A stretch of 64,000 bases of DNA from Balanoglossus misakiensis (GCA_040954595.2 CM082588.2:6150202-6214201); one strand, 5' to 3'; positions 23,019 to 38,453 are shown, numbered from the stretch's first letter. Notes: a model not told the origin generated them from the letters alone. Translations and numbers: made by a program.

Positions 23019-26000
23019 CTGTAGTGAGAAAACAGTAATGCAATGTCAAAGTTCAATACAAGAGTCATTGCCATGGAAATGGGGTCATCTGAGGAAAGTC
23101 CGAAGAAAAACTCTGACATAAAGTGTATGTCAAGCGATTTCTGTGGTTCTTATCGTACACTTTCAAAGATTTCGTTTGTGAGAAAAGTTGGAAATTTTTG
23201 CAGAGCGACGGGAGAAAAAATGAAATCCACTCACGTTTCGAGGTCATCTCCTTCCAAGACGGTCTGTACAGGAAGATATCCTATCCTTGGGTGTTTCTGT
23301 AAGTGTCGCTTTGATTTGAATTTATTGCGTACAACCTTGGCAAAGTCTCTCACATCCTCACCTGAGGTGGCCTGTAAGACAAGACACATGGCTTGGTCAG
23401 CTCTGGTTACATACTCAACTGTTATCAACCCTTCCACCCCAGGTCTCTGTATAGAGGTCCAGCTTCACCATAGAAAACAATGGATTTGGACCAAACCATG
23501 GTGGTGAACAGTGTTAAAGTTCTTGTGAAAATTAGTAAGGGAGCAGTGAGATCTATGGAATTATGATGGACATTTGATCGCGACTTTGAATACAATGTGA
23601 GAGATACACTCGCTCAAGTTTAAGATACAATGTTTTTTTTATGTTCTTGATGCCAAGACGATGACATCTGGAGACTGGTACAAAGAGATACAACACTTGT
23701 GACTTACAGCTGAACAGTATTCCTGCATTGGATGTGACAGTCTGTGTCCCTTTCCTTTGCGACCGGAAAAGAAGCAACTCTGTGAGGACGGAAAAAGATG
23801 GAGTGATGTCTGTCAATACACTTGCCTTTTGTGTTTACAGTCAAGCCTTTATTGAGTGATATCTGCACAATAATGTGCTCACATTTGTAACTTTGGGTCT
23901 AAACGACAAATACTGAGTGTGTCGCTTACCTGACACATGTCAAAATTGAAGCATTTCAGACATCGGTAGCGGAAGCCCACGATGGGGCACTCTTTACAGA
24001 TATTGCACTTGGATTGGTGCTTGGCAGTTTCAGCAGCCGCCAGTCGGTGCAAGACGGGCATCCACACCAATGACTGCGGTTCTTTCTTCATCCAGTCCAG
24101 GAAGTGCGGCGAGGAGATCTCTGGCTTGCCATTGGCCTGTAAGAAGAACATTCATAGAGAGATTAACGATATGAAAATGTCAATCACATACAAAACCCAA
24201 GCTGAGCAGTATTTTGCTTACGTTTTGCAAGGATATCTTGGAGGAGAAACCAGACCAAGTATCATCATGCAAGTTTTTCAATTACAGAAGCACGTTGCCT
24301 CAAATTTACTGTTTGATAACGTTTTCTGACAAATGTGAAAGCTTGATGACCATTGGATATATTTTGTGAAAACGGCCAATCAAAATAAGTGTCTTATGTG
24401 GACCACCTATCAACACAAGTGTCTTATGTGGACTCACCATTTGGAAGCAGCTTCTGACACTCGGCTCAATGTTGCTGCCACCAAACGAGGCAACCTCTCC
24501 CAGCTGTTTCGGTATTTGTATCGTGTCGTGCAGAAGCAGGCCAAGCCCTCTCTGATCCACATAATTGTTAGCACCAGCAACTAAACGGAACAAATCTAGA
24601 CAGGAAAAAGACGGCACACATTCCATTATTTATGTAAGTGAACTACATTTATTGAAGGTGTTGTACATGTAGGTGGGGGTACGTGACTCCAGTAGACAAG
24701 CATTGCATCAAAAACTGCACTAAGCACACCAGCGAAATAAGTCCAATTTGAGGGCAGTGTTTCCAGTAGAACAATCAAATTAACTTACATCTATATTTGT
24801 CTTCTAAGTGTGCCTTGCACATTGCGATAATTGCAACTTTGAAAGACAGCACACGAATTTTGCCACTTCGAACACTGCAAGAGAAAGAGCACAGATAAGT
24901 TAGTCCAGCATTATTTCATCACAAGAATTCACTCCATAACCATAACACAATTCAAGGTTTTGCATATGCTTCTAAAAGGTTGTCTCGATGGCTATACAGC
25001 CTACAAAACCAACAGGAGTAGCCAACTCACCTGTCGTAGACATTGAGAAGCCAGTTCAGACACATATCCACACACAGTGGCACGTTGACCAGTTGCGGAT
25101 TGTCTACGGCTAAATTGTCGTACATACTTGTCAGGATATTGATCATCTCCATCACATCCATCAGTTTATCATTCTGTGTTCGGAGGCCGTGTTGATCAAA
25201 GGCATCGATTGCGTTGTTCATATTCAGTAAATCCACTGTGGGATGAAAAATATGAGATGATATAGCAGTCTTAGTAAATTAACTTGGTACAATGAGGCTG
25301 GGTTCAGTTGTACATTAACCCTTTCACCCCCAGTTCCCTCTATAGAGGTCCAACCTTGCCATAGAAAACAGTGGGTTTGGACTGAACCATGGCGGTGAAA
25401 GGGTTAAGACATTAACACCAAAGACAGAGCATTGATAAAACATGAGATTGTCGTCAGGCAATGGCTCAAAACACAGCACTGCATGATGGCTACAAGGCAC
25501 TCTGTTGAAACCGCGAACTTTGCGTACTTGTCCCTTGGAACAAAAGTTATACATATTGCAGTTGCAGGTGATATATTAATCAAACAATACTGATATTTGA
25601 CAAAATTAAATCACCAATAAACTCTAAACCAAAATCTTGACCAAAGTGATTACTCACTACACAGAGCCTTTTGGAGTCGCCTGATTTTCATGGCCGTCCT
25701 GTAGGCTGAGAAGCGGACATCGTTGAGGTCGGCCATGTTCTTGTACAGGTCTGTCATACTGGGGTGGTCCCAGTGGGTTGTCTCTGTTGTATGGCTGCAA
25801 AGTACAATCAAACACCCCTCTTGTTAGTGAGTGAATGGACTTTCCCACCAGTGGAAACAATGGGAAAACTTTAAGTTCGATGGAGATAGAGGATGGCTGA
25901 GAGTTAGTCATTTATGTTTTTAAATTCTCAGTTCTCTTAAATCAGGGATTAGCCAAGATCACTAATCAGAAAATCCACATTTTGCCATGAAAAAGACTTG

Positions 26001-27104
26001 AAAGTGAGCAACATTGGTAACCAATGTGGTCTTTGGTAAATACAGCTGGCACAGCTGTTACAAAGATTCCAATAAACCTGGTGTGGATTCATATCAATTA
26101 AAATACCAGAATGTATAATGTAAGTTGAAGTAGAGGTCACGGCTAAATGACAAGACTTACTGGATGTAATACGGGACTTTGTTCCCCGCCACAGCTCTCT
26201 CCCACGGCTGTTTGACCGAAGCTGGTGAGGAAAACACAAGATTTATCAGGATTAGACATGAGTGTAAACAAAGGGGCAGATATCAAGTGAAAGCAACCTA
26301 CTGTGAACTCTCACAGTTTGTGAATAGCAAAAATCTCATTGTTTGAATGTGTTGAGAGACCGTTACTTGATATGTGAGGGATACTGGAAAGGTCAAGAGT
26401 CTATAGTATAGGGACAAGGTTACTCACTTCTGACATTATTTTGGTTGCTTCAACTCGATTTGATAGATTGTGTATTGTCTACGTTGTTCTACTTCACTGA
26501 AATCACTGGGTTGTTAAGCTCAACTCAGATACATGTACATGTATATAAGAATATTTCCACTACACAATTTTTGGTATTGACTGAAGATTCATGCGTTTTC
26601 TCGAGGGTGTGGATTGAGCTGAGACAACCAGTCATTGAGCACGATTCAGTAAGCATTTTCATGTAAGGGAAGCATCATTATCTAATGAGTGGGAGGGGAA
26701 TGTCTTGCTAGTTAAGGGAGGCAACATTATGTTTTTGGGGTGGGTGGACGTCTCGAATGACAAACCTGATAAGAAATGCTGCGAGTTGGGTCCAAAATCC
26801 CTCTGGGCATCTTGAAGATGCCTGATTCTCTCTTCAACGGACACTTGAAGCAACTTCCACCTCAAGTTCAGATCCTCCAGACGGTTTTTGTTGATGTTGC
26901 TCAGTGTTACATTCATTGGTGGGAATTGCTGGGCCAGTTCATTCACATGATCTACGTTACCCTGAAGGGGTGCGATCTGGTCTTGGTAACGCTGGTGGTG
27001 TAAGAATGTCAACATTAGTTCAAAATAAAATCCAGTTACACAAGATATTGGATTCCTGTAAATGTACTTAATATTTTATTGTTGTGAACAATGTATGTTG
27101 TCAT

Positions 27105-27140
<36 letters not shown>

Positions 27141-30100
27141 CAGACAGACAGATAGACAGACAGAGATATGTAGACAGCAACAGACAATCAGAGAGACACG
27201 CACAAACATAGAGATGGTACATACTTTGACTTCTTCTATGTGTTGAGGTAAGCTGTCAATGATGATATCTCCTACAGCTTGCCAGTGTAACTTCTGGGCT
27301 TCAGATTCATGTAATTTCACACTCAGGTCATCCATCGCATGATGGAAAGTGACCATTTTCTGCAACAAGAAAAACGTGATACTGTTGTTTCTTTTTCATT
27401 TATGACTATTAATACAGTCCTTATGAATGATATTACCCATTAAATGTTTTATAAAGATGCAATCTTCACACCAAATGCAATTCTTACCATGTCAGTATTA
27501 CAGGGCATACTTACATTCATAACTTCGTTGATTCGTTTGTGCCATTCATCTGATCGGTTGTTGAGGTGATTCCATCGGTCGGACAACAGGTCAAGTTGGT
27601 TCTTAAGATTCCTGAGTGAGTCGGGAGAGGCATCTGTTTTCTCTCCTTTTCAACAAGCGAGGGAAAAAAGAAAGAGAATCAATATTAGATACACCCTACA
27701 GTCAGAGGAAACTGATATGCAACACTGGGGTATAAAACGATCAATAGAACAGGTCAGATGTCCAACTGTAAGGTCACGCATCAAGTCTGCCAAGTTCAAT
27801 GTCAGCAATCACATGACTCTACATGTAGGGAGGTCATGGTCAAGTCATCTCACCTTGGGTAGTGTCTGTGCCATCGCCTTGCTCGGTCAAAACTCCCTGC
27901 CCGGTGGCCAGCGTGTTCTCCACAACCGGCTGCTTGTTCTCCAGCAGGTTGACGAACACTTTGTGGTCGTCGCTCTGCTGCTGCACCGTGTTGAGGTCGC
28001 CGCCCACCGGCTGCTGCTGCGTCAGCTCCTCGTCTTTCCGCGCCACCCAGTCCAGTAGTTCCTGGATGGACAGGATCTGGCCACTCCAGTCTTCTGCATT
28101 GCACTCTAGTCTGGTCCTGTGTTTAGAAGGGAGAGATTTGAATGAGATACAGTGTAACTAACCGTCAGTGTTACTAACATCATAACAGTGCACTAAACCA
28201 AACTTAAATTATAGGGGCCAATAATTTCCTAGCTGAAAAAGAGAGAGAGAGATTTGAATGAGGTAACTAACACTTACATGTAGTTCATGCTAAAAATACT
28301 ACTGAGATGTGTTACTATCTTTATAACAGTGCACTGGGCCAAACTGAAATTATACTGGCCAATAATTTCCAGGGCTGAAAAGCCATCATGGTGTAGGATT
28401 GACAGTGTTCTTTGGATTTTTTGTCACCCTTGCCTATGAACAAACTTACATGGTCAACGTGTTACCCTTTATTCCTGCACATGTTCATAACTTTATCACC
28501 GAAAACAGCTGAGAATTTTCCCTCTATGAGTCATTCACCTCAACATATGTGGTGGTTTCCCTTGATTTAACTACTGGGTACAGACTTTTGTGAGCACTAG
28601 GTGGTCAAGGTGTGACATTGCAGACATTTCCTGAAAACTTTCCTTTTGTTTAAGCCTTCCTTTTCTACACTAGAATTCAAACACTTCTGTTGAAAGCAAC
28701 ACAAGCGCAAAGACACACCCACTTCTGCAAATGCTCGAACGGGCAAATCACATACCTGATGTCTATGGATTTCATTCTCGCATTGGTCCACCTCTCGTTC
28801 ATGTCATCCAGTCGCCGTTGCAGCATGGTGGCGTCTTCGTGAATTTCAATACTGCGTAGGATTCTCGTGCCGGTTTCATTGAGCGCTGAGTAAGACTTCT
28901 GGTGGGCATCAATTTCAGCCTGCAGATCCTGGAAGACAAAATAAAATTCGTCAGAAACAAAACTTCCAAGGCGGCCCCAAAAAATGGTTGTCGTTCTACA
29001 AAGAAGATACGTTCAATGGTGTCCATCTGCTGAATTTTAAAGTTTGATAAAGGACGTAAAAATGGGTCACTTTCTGTATGGGACACACATGAAATCCCCA
29101 TACAGATTTATCAGAGAAACACAAATGCACCTCTATACCATAGGACTTTCAACCCAGAATGTTCCGTTAGGATGTATTACGCATGTTTGGCAAAGATGAA
29201 GGAAACTTGCTAGACTCTCAAGAATTAAATTTTATTAATGGTGTTCTCAAACACTGTGGGAAGACCTGTGGTCAAGGTTTATGTACACATCAAAGAGGCT
29301 TTGTAACAGTCACGTTAATGCGATCAATGGTCAGCCCTTCTTGGCTTTTCTGAAGTCAGAAAGGGCATGTCGTACACTTCGCTAGTCAAAGATCACCAGA
29401 CATTTCAAGATTTTAACTCTAGTCAAAATAAACAGAGTTCTGTTTCATCAAGTACTAGGATGCACCTCGGTTCTGTATTTGGTTCGCAGCCTTGACATAG
29501 TTTCTAAGAGATAGTGGGTTTCTGCCTCCCTCAAATCCAAGTTTTTCATACCAGATGGCGGCATGGGCCACTTAAGATTCTTGGTCTATTTTTATTCCAT
29601 TGCATGTTTTATCTCCAGTAGCCAGGAAATGATTTTACACCTCGGCCTAGATTGTTGAGAATTGATTAATTTTCAGAGATACGCTCCATTTGCTGCCTAC
29701 TTCTACTTCACTTAAACTTGTACCCTCTTCCAAGGGCGAAAATTCAGGGCACTTTCATAACCTCTTCCAAGGGTGAAAATTCAGGACAAAATTTTATGAG
29801 ACACTGGTGTCCTCTCGCAGAACAGCCGTTTGATTCACACCCTCTTCCAAGGACAAACATTTCCTGTTTTATTTGCACCCCTCTCCCATGAGAATAAAAC
29901 ACAGACTTCATTCACAGACAGTTTCCGCTCCCAAAACTATCGACAATAGTTTCAATATTTTGAAAATCCCACAGCGTAGTTGCTGTACGCAAGTAGCCAA
30001 AATAACAGTTTATTTTGAATAAGAAATGACGACAAGCGAGTCCACGACCCCATCCATTCATCAGATTATAACCCTTTCTTTCGGGGAACAAACGGTCGCA

Positions 30101-33100
30101 ATACAGCCACAACTTCCACAGTCATTGAAGATATACTAGTCTAGTAAAACCCACATCTGTTTTGGACATAAACCAGGTCTAAAAATATCCCTGTCTTGCA
30201 TAACTGTTGAACGTCCAAATCACAAGATTCAAGAATGTGGGTCTGTCGGTCGGGACATTCTTTCACTGGCCAGATATGGTGGTACTGATAGCACACAAAT
30301 CAGGGCCATGTCATCCACAGGGTATAGAATCATCGCACTTTCTCTCAGTCCGATCTCAAACAGAACCCATTAAGCTGAAGCTGGAACTCTAAACTGAAGG
30401 TGGTATGAAGAAACCATCTGTACAATGACATACTTATTATCAAAGAATGTCTCGAACTTTGTTACTTCGAATTTGTTTATAACTATCGTGCAAGATATCT
30501 GGGGCATGTTTTGACGGAAAATACACAACATAAGCTGCATGATCTTTGCAATTTATATTTACTTAATATTGTTTTGCATCCCAAAAGTCTTGCAATAGGA
30601 CAGTGGATGTCATCTGCGTAAGCTATGTTTTGTTGACAGTGGATGTATATACTGATAAACTACTCTGGCTGTTAATTTCTCTAAGACACAGCAGGGATTT
30701 TTATACATTAAATCATGGGGTGAAACTGTTTCTCTTTCTAATTTGGCGAAATGTAAATGTTTGTAAATGAAGCCTTCAGACAGACATTACTTCTTTGTGA
30801 GAACTATGCAACAAGTGACAAAACTGATTTAGTTGTTGAATGGGAGTGTAACAACTCATGGTATTGGTTGAATGATAATCTAACAAGCAACGGCATTGGT
30901 TGACTGACAATGCAACAAGTAATGCTATTGGCTAAGATACAAAAAATTGTGTGTGTAACAATTATTAACCAACTGGATTAGATTGAATGAAGCAACAGGA
31001 AAGAGGTAATTTAATACTTGAATGAAAAATCGGAAGAAATCAATGCAAGCACATTTGTAGTATTATTTTCAGATTGAATGAAACTTGAGTTCAGATTATC
31101 TCATGGGTACTCAGGACTGCTAAACTTCATTCTGGCAACCAGAAGGTGATTTAGGATTACATGTGTTAAAATGTACACATGCAGATTGCCAAGGGATGCT
31201 AGGTATTTCTGATTGCTCGTGAATTCGCTAACACACCAAGATTGATTTCGACTCTTTAAATCACCGCTTTTCCCCTGATAAACATAGATATGGTAAACCT
31301 ATCTTGTTTTAATGACTGCTACATGCCACATCATCTCTGTTGATAAGTTACATGACTCCAAAACCACGCAAATTCATTCACTTTTTGGGGGGTTGCGTGA
31401 CCTATATTTTTTGTGTTGGACTGAGAGCTGGATTAGACCAAACATCGGTATCCTGGTCCACATACTTGGAGAGAAAACATGGTTTAGGGTGGTAACTATG
31501 CAGCCTGGCGGAAATGATACGGAAAAAAAGGAATGAACACACACACACATGTAACAGAGATAAGTTTATCACTTCGAGAACAGCAAATGATACGACAAAA
31601 ACTCCTTTTAAGGTTGTATAATACACAGTGAATTATGAATTGGGGAAATTAGAGACTTGAAAACTTCCAATGCAATGAGCTACAAGTACATATGAAACTT
31701 CCATTCCAAAATTGCTTTTTGACTAATTGAAATGACCGTTCAGACTATCATTACCACTGACACTTAGAGCAGAAGTACTGTGAGAATGGAACAAAATGAC
31801 ATCTTGAAGATGACTCAAGTGACAGAGACATCGAGCCGACACTTCCTGGTCATTGGCGTAAATCCCATCGCTGTCGGCCAGCACTCTCAGAAGACAATAC
31901 AGAATCAGCAACCCTTTTGAAGAGCCTAACAGCTATTATTCAATCGCCCCCTCCCAATCAATGAAGTGTCCTTCGCTGTCACAGATCACTCAACAACAAG
32001 AGGAAGGATGCACAACCAGGCAAGCTGTGGCCGACACTCAAAGACGCAGTCAACCAGACATGAGGCCCACTCGAACTGCATCTGGATCAGTGATTTGTAA
32101 ATACACTAGACTGTAGCTCATAACTTTAGATGTGTGTGTTACACTGGACAGAGTACCAACAAATATCTGTCTGGACAAAAGTCTAGCCATCAGCGTTCTG
32201 ACATGATTTCAAACACAATCTCTTCAATGTACTTGTTCGAGAATATGTTACTGGAGTACGATGAGTTCTTTATGTGTGTGTTGCAAACTTGTTTACGGTA
32301 AAATCTAAACCATACAACTGAGCTGATTTACAGGGTGGAGTATACAGTATACAGAATGCAAACTGAATTGAAGTGATCAATTGGTGTTATGGAAGAGTCA
32401 TTACACTCAGACTGGATTGCTAGCATTTGGATATAATACAGGATTCAATCCAGACAACCTAAGTCTAGTACTAAATCCAGTCAAATGTTACGTTTTACTT
32501 CCAAGAAATCCGAGTTTGGCAAGACAATTTGTATGAAAACCCTTTCCCAATAGCCTTTTGTTTTATCACATCCACTAGAGTACCACATGCGTGGGTTGAA
32601 ATCCATTTACTTCAAGGCTGTGTTTTACTAATCAAGGACAAACACAGCTTGCATTTTAGGCTTGTTGTGTTAATAGACTACACAAAGAAGCGTGGATTTA
32701 GGGAAAGTAACTTTTCAATGACAAAAGTTGTTCTTACAGGAAATCCGGAACCTTGTCTTTAGGTATGTGTATCCACGTTTACATGTACATGTAAGTTGAT
32801 GTCCAAACATAGCATTTGTAGTAGAACCTTGACAACCATTCATTAAACAGGGATTAACAGCACTAAAAGAAATGGTCTAAAAATCTCTCTTTTGGTCTTT
32901 CAAACCAAAACCTTCATCTGTCCTAGAAATAGAGAACGGCAGTAGGACATTCAGGCATACAGAAGTTTAAAAGTGAATAAAAACTGACAGGAGGCAGGTC
33001 GGTAATAAAATACCTGAACTTATAACAAGTCTCCTTTAAAGAGATTGCACTGGAGTGTTACATGCACACAAGGCATCCACTGCAAACAGTCAATCACATT

Positions 33101-36100
33101 AAAAAAAGCCTTCAGCTTGTACCAGACGTGGCACGACATGCCAATAAAGATTTCATGAGGTTGCTACTTGGGCCGAGACAGTGAACAGGGCCCGTCCACA
33201 AAGCATGTCCACGTAACTTCACCTACAGAGAGGTTCTGTAAACAGTATACAATGTATGTAGCGTTTGATTACACACACACATCATTGAAGATGACACTTA
33301 GAACCTCAGCCCACTCAATCTTCAGACAAACTACATCTGGAACTCACAAAACTAAGAAACCGTGTCACAGACCGAGCCCTGCAACCAAAGTCAACCAGTT
33401 TTTGTTACGTGTAAATAAACTATATTTTTCAACAGAATTCAAGACTTTAATTTGGTCAGGCCGTATCTCCACAACGCTACAATATGTCTCTTCTGGCTCA
33501 GCGGTCAGCCGGCAGCAAGATCCGCACCACTTCACATGCACAAGTGTCTGATAATGATGTTTGCTAATTTCTGGGAATGCCGCATTGAATCTTGTACGGC
33601 ACAATTGAAGGTTTTGGAGCTATTGACACAAACTGTTGACGGGAAGTCACCACTTTGTTACAAATCACCTTGAAAGTAAATCAGAACATACCCAGTTGTC
33701 GTTCAGAGGCTTCCATTCCAACAACTCAACCATGCTGACAGTTCCACACTTATTGAAAATAAACTTCAACTTAAAGATGATTCACGGATGATTCCCAAGT
33801 TGACACGAGCAGTTTTGAAGTTTCGCAGCATAAAATAATCCTAGGCAGTCCTTGAAAATCCAGGCAATGCTGATTCCTGAGCCAGACTCTACAGAAAGCA
33901 CAGCGCCTTAGAAGCAACCCCCGGAGCACTGACACAGCAAAGTTGGACCAAACTCTGTCTGGCTGAAGCAACAGCTAGGCACGCCGAGCGACTCCAGCAT
34001 CCATCTGCGAAAGTTTTTTATCCGACCCAACTAAACAATCAGAGGTATCATATTCCCTTCCAGTTGTCAGGGGCGACCTCTTAATCCAAATAATTTACAG
34101 GCAGGCTGCTGACTGGGCCCTACATACTAATGCCGGTGCTATCAATGGCTTGAAGTGGACTATGGGAGAGGAAACATCTCCACCGACTGCAGTTTGGGGG
34201 CAAATTTAAGTATCTGCTTTAATTAAACACCGACAGGAAACCGCTGAATTCAAAAGACTGAGAGGATTGGTCCTTGAGAGCAACATCCTGCAGTATGTCC
34301 ATCGCGCATGCTGTCATCTAACCTGACAACCCTCCAACACAATGGAAGAGTCCAACCAGCCACTCTAGATGCAAAGACTGTACCACATTATGCTGAGTAA
34401 AGAGGGGCGAGTGGATGAATCCATCCCGATGCCTGCATGGGGGCATCTTCCTACAATGCAGGCAGAAATTAAATTTAATCTTCTCACCCCGGTTTCTGAA
34501 TGTAGAGGTCTACATTCACCACACAAAACAATACATTTGGACCAAACCATGGTAGTGAAGGGGTTAACCATACTGTCAGTGAACAGCGAATGAAATCTAG
34601 CTCTCAATACACAGCTTCTGAATTTCTCCTGTAGATTACTTACATGGATGATGTATGCTGCATGAAGCGTACAAGTATACAAAACAGAAGCTCTCAGATT
34701 TCACGTTTTATTAATCAACACAGTTCTATGACTTCAGTCTGAGCCTGGAAGGCAAACTGCGAATACACTACAGGTTGTATTACATCTTACTGACAAAAAT
34801 TTATAACAAGTGCGCACAGTCATGACTTGCTAGATGCTTTGGACTATTTGACTTTTATATAATGAGTGGATGCTATTCAAAAGGTATGTTCTTGAATTTA
34901 ATTTTGTGATTTTTAGTCCTAAAAACCTCCAAATAGTATATCTCAGCAGAGCTGTCCTTAGACTAATCAGGGTACAGACCTACTCTTTTTTATGAGGTAG
35001 TTACAAAATATAATGTAAATATGTACTGAAGAACTGATGTGTGGCAACCATTGATGTAATTTATGTCATATCAGGCAAATCTTAAGTACTACAAGTACGA
35101 GATGTACACAAAAGGTCCTACTTGAAGTATCGTAATTTTGTTATGTAAAAGATAGACCCTATAGTCTATGTGTAAAACTGAGTCATTTATATTGGAATTG
35201 TATAAAAAAACAGATAGCATTTTTACCACTTCAAGTATAAAAATCGATATTCCCAACTTTCCTTATTCTTGCATGTTTTTTTTTTCTGTAAATAAATTCC
35301 GATGTCCATCTAGTACCTACTCCATAATAACACGAGTTGGACACGTTTTCAAAACACTGAAATCCTAGTTTGTTTTTTCATGGCTGAACGCTCGACTGCA
35401 AACCCAAGTAACGGGTCACCCGAGTTGAATAAAATCCATTGAAATCAAAGCTAGAAATAACAGGAAGGAGGACAGTCAGAGAAGAATTTGGCAAACACAA
35501 CATGCCACCGCAGACTTTTGAGGTCAACTTCCTGCTGTAAACACAGGTCATAAAGGGACAATACTGGCTGGGGATTTGTTGGCTAAATAGATGTCATTTA
35601 CTTTGAATTTCAAGACATTGACGGGACCTTAGGGACTGACTTTAACATAGTTAAGTTGTCCAGGTTTTTTTTTGCTCTTTTGATACTGTTGTATTTAGTC
35701 TGCACCGAGTTATTTAAAAGAAGGGGATTGCTTCTTTTCACATTTTAAAGAGACCATAACAAGTCTGGCAACCATTTTGAATTGCCAATATTGGTAAAGT
35801 TTTGATGTTTTTACCCTACCAAGTATTTAGTATTTTGAGTTTTCAGGAGTAAAGTTCATTTTACAGGACTTTCCAAAGAGTATTTTAAAATTCCAAACTT
35901 TTCTAGAATTTTTTTCAGGAATGTACAAACCGTGTCCTCATATCAAAATCCCTAAGGTGACTTTCCCTCTTCCTTATGTCACTTCTTACATCAAAGAAGT
36001 TGGGATTTAGATAAATCTCTTTGTAGGATTTTGATGAAGTGTCAAACATTATCAGCAACACTAAACACCAGAGACCATTTTCATAAATCCCTACTTGGTG

Positions 36101-38453
36101 ATTATGTATTGTTAAAGCATGTGCTTGTCTACACATTGTCAAGACAGAAGCTGTGTTATATTATCTCAATTAAGGGTATTATCGCTGAGGCAAGAGAGAC
36201 TGGGTATTGTAACAGGGAGATGCACCAGGAAGCCCTAAACATCCAGCGGAAGTTGATAGGAAATTGATAATAACCACACTGCTTCCCTTTTCGACTTGAA
36301 TTACAATTTTAGAGATAAGGGATCAGTCAGTATTCTGGAAGCGGTTTATTTTTGTTCGGTTTGGCCCTGCGGACTTGGCAGTTTCTATGGCAGCAGTCTG
36401 CTGGCCTTGAAGTTGGTCAGCATTTACTTCCAGCTGAGCGGTAATGGGGAGGAAGTCTACTCGAAAATCCATCCTGTGCAGATCATTAGACTGTCTCACG
36501 CCAATCTGACAAGCTACTGTTTATAGTTTTTGCCTGAATGCTCCGCTTGATTCCAGACTTCTACAGGCTGAAGATGATATGGTCTAACAACACTGGGATT
36601 TTGTGTTGCCGGTGCTTTCAAATTTACTACTATAAATGGCCCCTTTCTCAATCTGAAAGTGCGCCCTCTATACCAGAGAGTTGCCCAAACAGGGAGTGCA
36701 GACTACATATGTCCTGTTCTGATCTAACAATGTATGTGTGAGGGAGAGATCCCAGCTAATTTAATCAGTTAATGTTTGCAGATCTAAAATAGAAATGGTA
36801 ACTATTCATGGCAGTAACAAGCTTGGAAAGCAACATGCCCCCTGTTGGTGCAAACAAACAGTTTGATCATACATGTAGATGGACCGAGTGGAACCCACAA
36901 AGCAAGTTCATGAACTTTTGTATTAAACTGGCCTACACTGCAATCTCCTGGCCCCAGACAACACATCATCTTTGAACGAGACTTCCACCGACCGCAGACC
37001 ACACAGACTTCAACACAAGCTACTGACACCTACCCTATACTGTTTCAACCACAGCTTCAGCATATCCTGGTCTTCCAGCGCCACCTCGTTCTCCGTTTCC
37101 TGCTCCAGACGCTCGATCCCCGTCTCCACTTCCGTCAGCCAGGCCAGGAAAGCGCTCAGCTCCCGGTCGAACTCCTGCAGGGCCTCCAGCGCGTGGACAA
37201 TGCCTCTCTGTCTCTCATTGGACCTGCAAGTACAAAGAAGACGGAAAGTTTAGTCTCAGACACTGTGAATCTACCAAAATATCTTATACTTACTTTCTAT
37301 CCAAATCACCATCTGATCATGCAACGTGCTGGCAAAAAAAATTACTGATAAAATTGCCATCAGACTGATCTATTCAATTTAGCATTGATATGAAGATGAA
37401 CTGACACAATCTGAATATTATTCCATACAAAATTAAGAAGATTTCTCATTGATGAAGGGGTCAGAGTGCTGAGTTCATGTTTCACTGTATTGAGACAGCC
37501 AAGGACAGACACCACCAGTTCAACATATAACCTGTTTCAAATCAGGCCGAGAGGTGCTTAGTGAAAACGACAGATGTAATTCAGCTCAGGGTATCTTTGC
37601 AGTATAACTGCACCATGGACAACACAGAAGACTGACCCTTGCGTCTTATCATGGACATGGTAGCTGCCCCTGGAAAACACCACACCCATTGCAAAGAGAG
37701 ACAATATTGCCCTGTTGTCTGCAGACGAAAAGATTGGACCCAAATGCTACCCACATGTTCAGTGCCTGCATGCGTGTGTGTGTGTCCATGCTAAAAAAGG
37801 AAAAGGCCAAAATTTTGCTTATGGGCAAATTTGGCAGTCTGATTATCAACCAGATTATGCTGTTTACATTTCACAGATTGTTGGAAGATGTTATAATTGG
37901 ATTAGATGCTTGTGGCATCAACAACTGCAAATTAACATTCCACGCTCATTACTGACGGACACTGGCAGGCCCCACAAACTCTTAACATTATAAGAACACT
38001 CACTTGTTGACTAAGTGACTCCATCTTTGATCCAGATTTTCCAGGATCTGTTTGATCTTACTGGTGTCATCACTGCTGTATTCCGTGATCAGCTTGTGTC
38101 CGGAATCGCTGACTTTGTCCACACATGGCTTCCACTGTTCCACTTCTTCCATGAACGCCTTTGGGGAAAATAAACACCCAAAATGAAATAAGTGACCCCC
38201 TCCTCGTAATCAACCAAATTGGCAAGGCGTGTGTCTATCGCCCCTGTGTGGTCTGCTAAAATTAGACTCCTTACATCATCACAGAACCATCTGCTGGTTT
38301 TCAGTCCAAAAAAGAAACACAAGTTTGAGTTTACCATATTGTTTTAAAGAAAACTGACCATTCAAATTTTCTAGATTTAAAGTGTGAATAAATTAGAGAT
38401 TACTTGTTTCTAACCTATCAATGTTTACAGTCAGACTTGTGTCATTATTTGTG

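Noticed and set aside
23019-23234. Homologue of the 39-nt alternative DMD exon 71
   Set aside because: No convincing acceptor/donor pair, and the flanking exons join in frame without it.
31723-32100. Coding-looking stretch in the intron-55 homologue
   Set aside because: Short frames on both strands with no consistent splice sites or recognisable domain.
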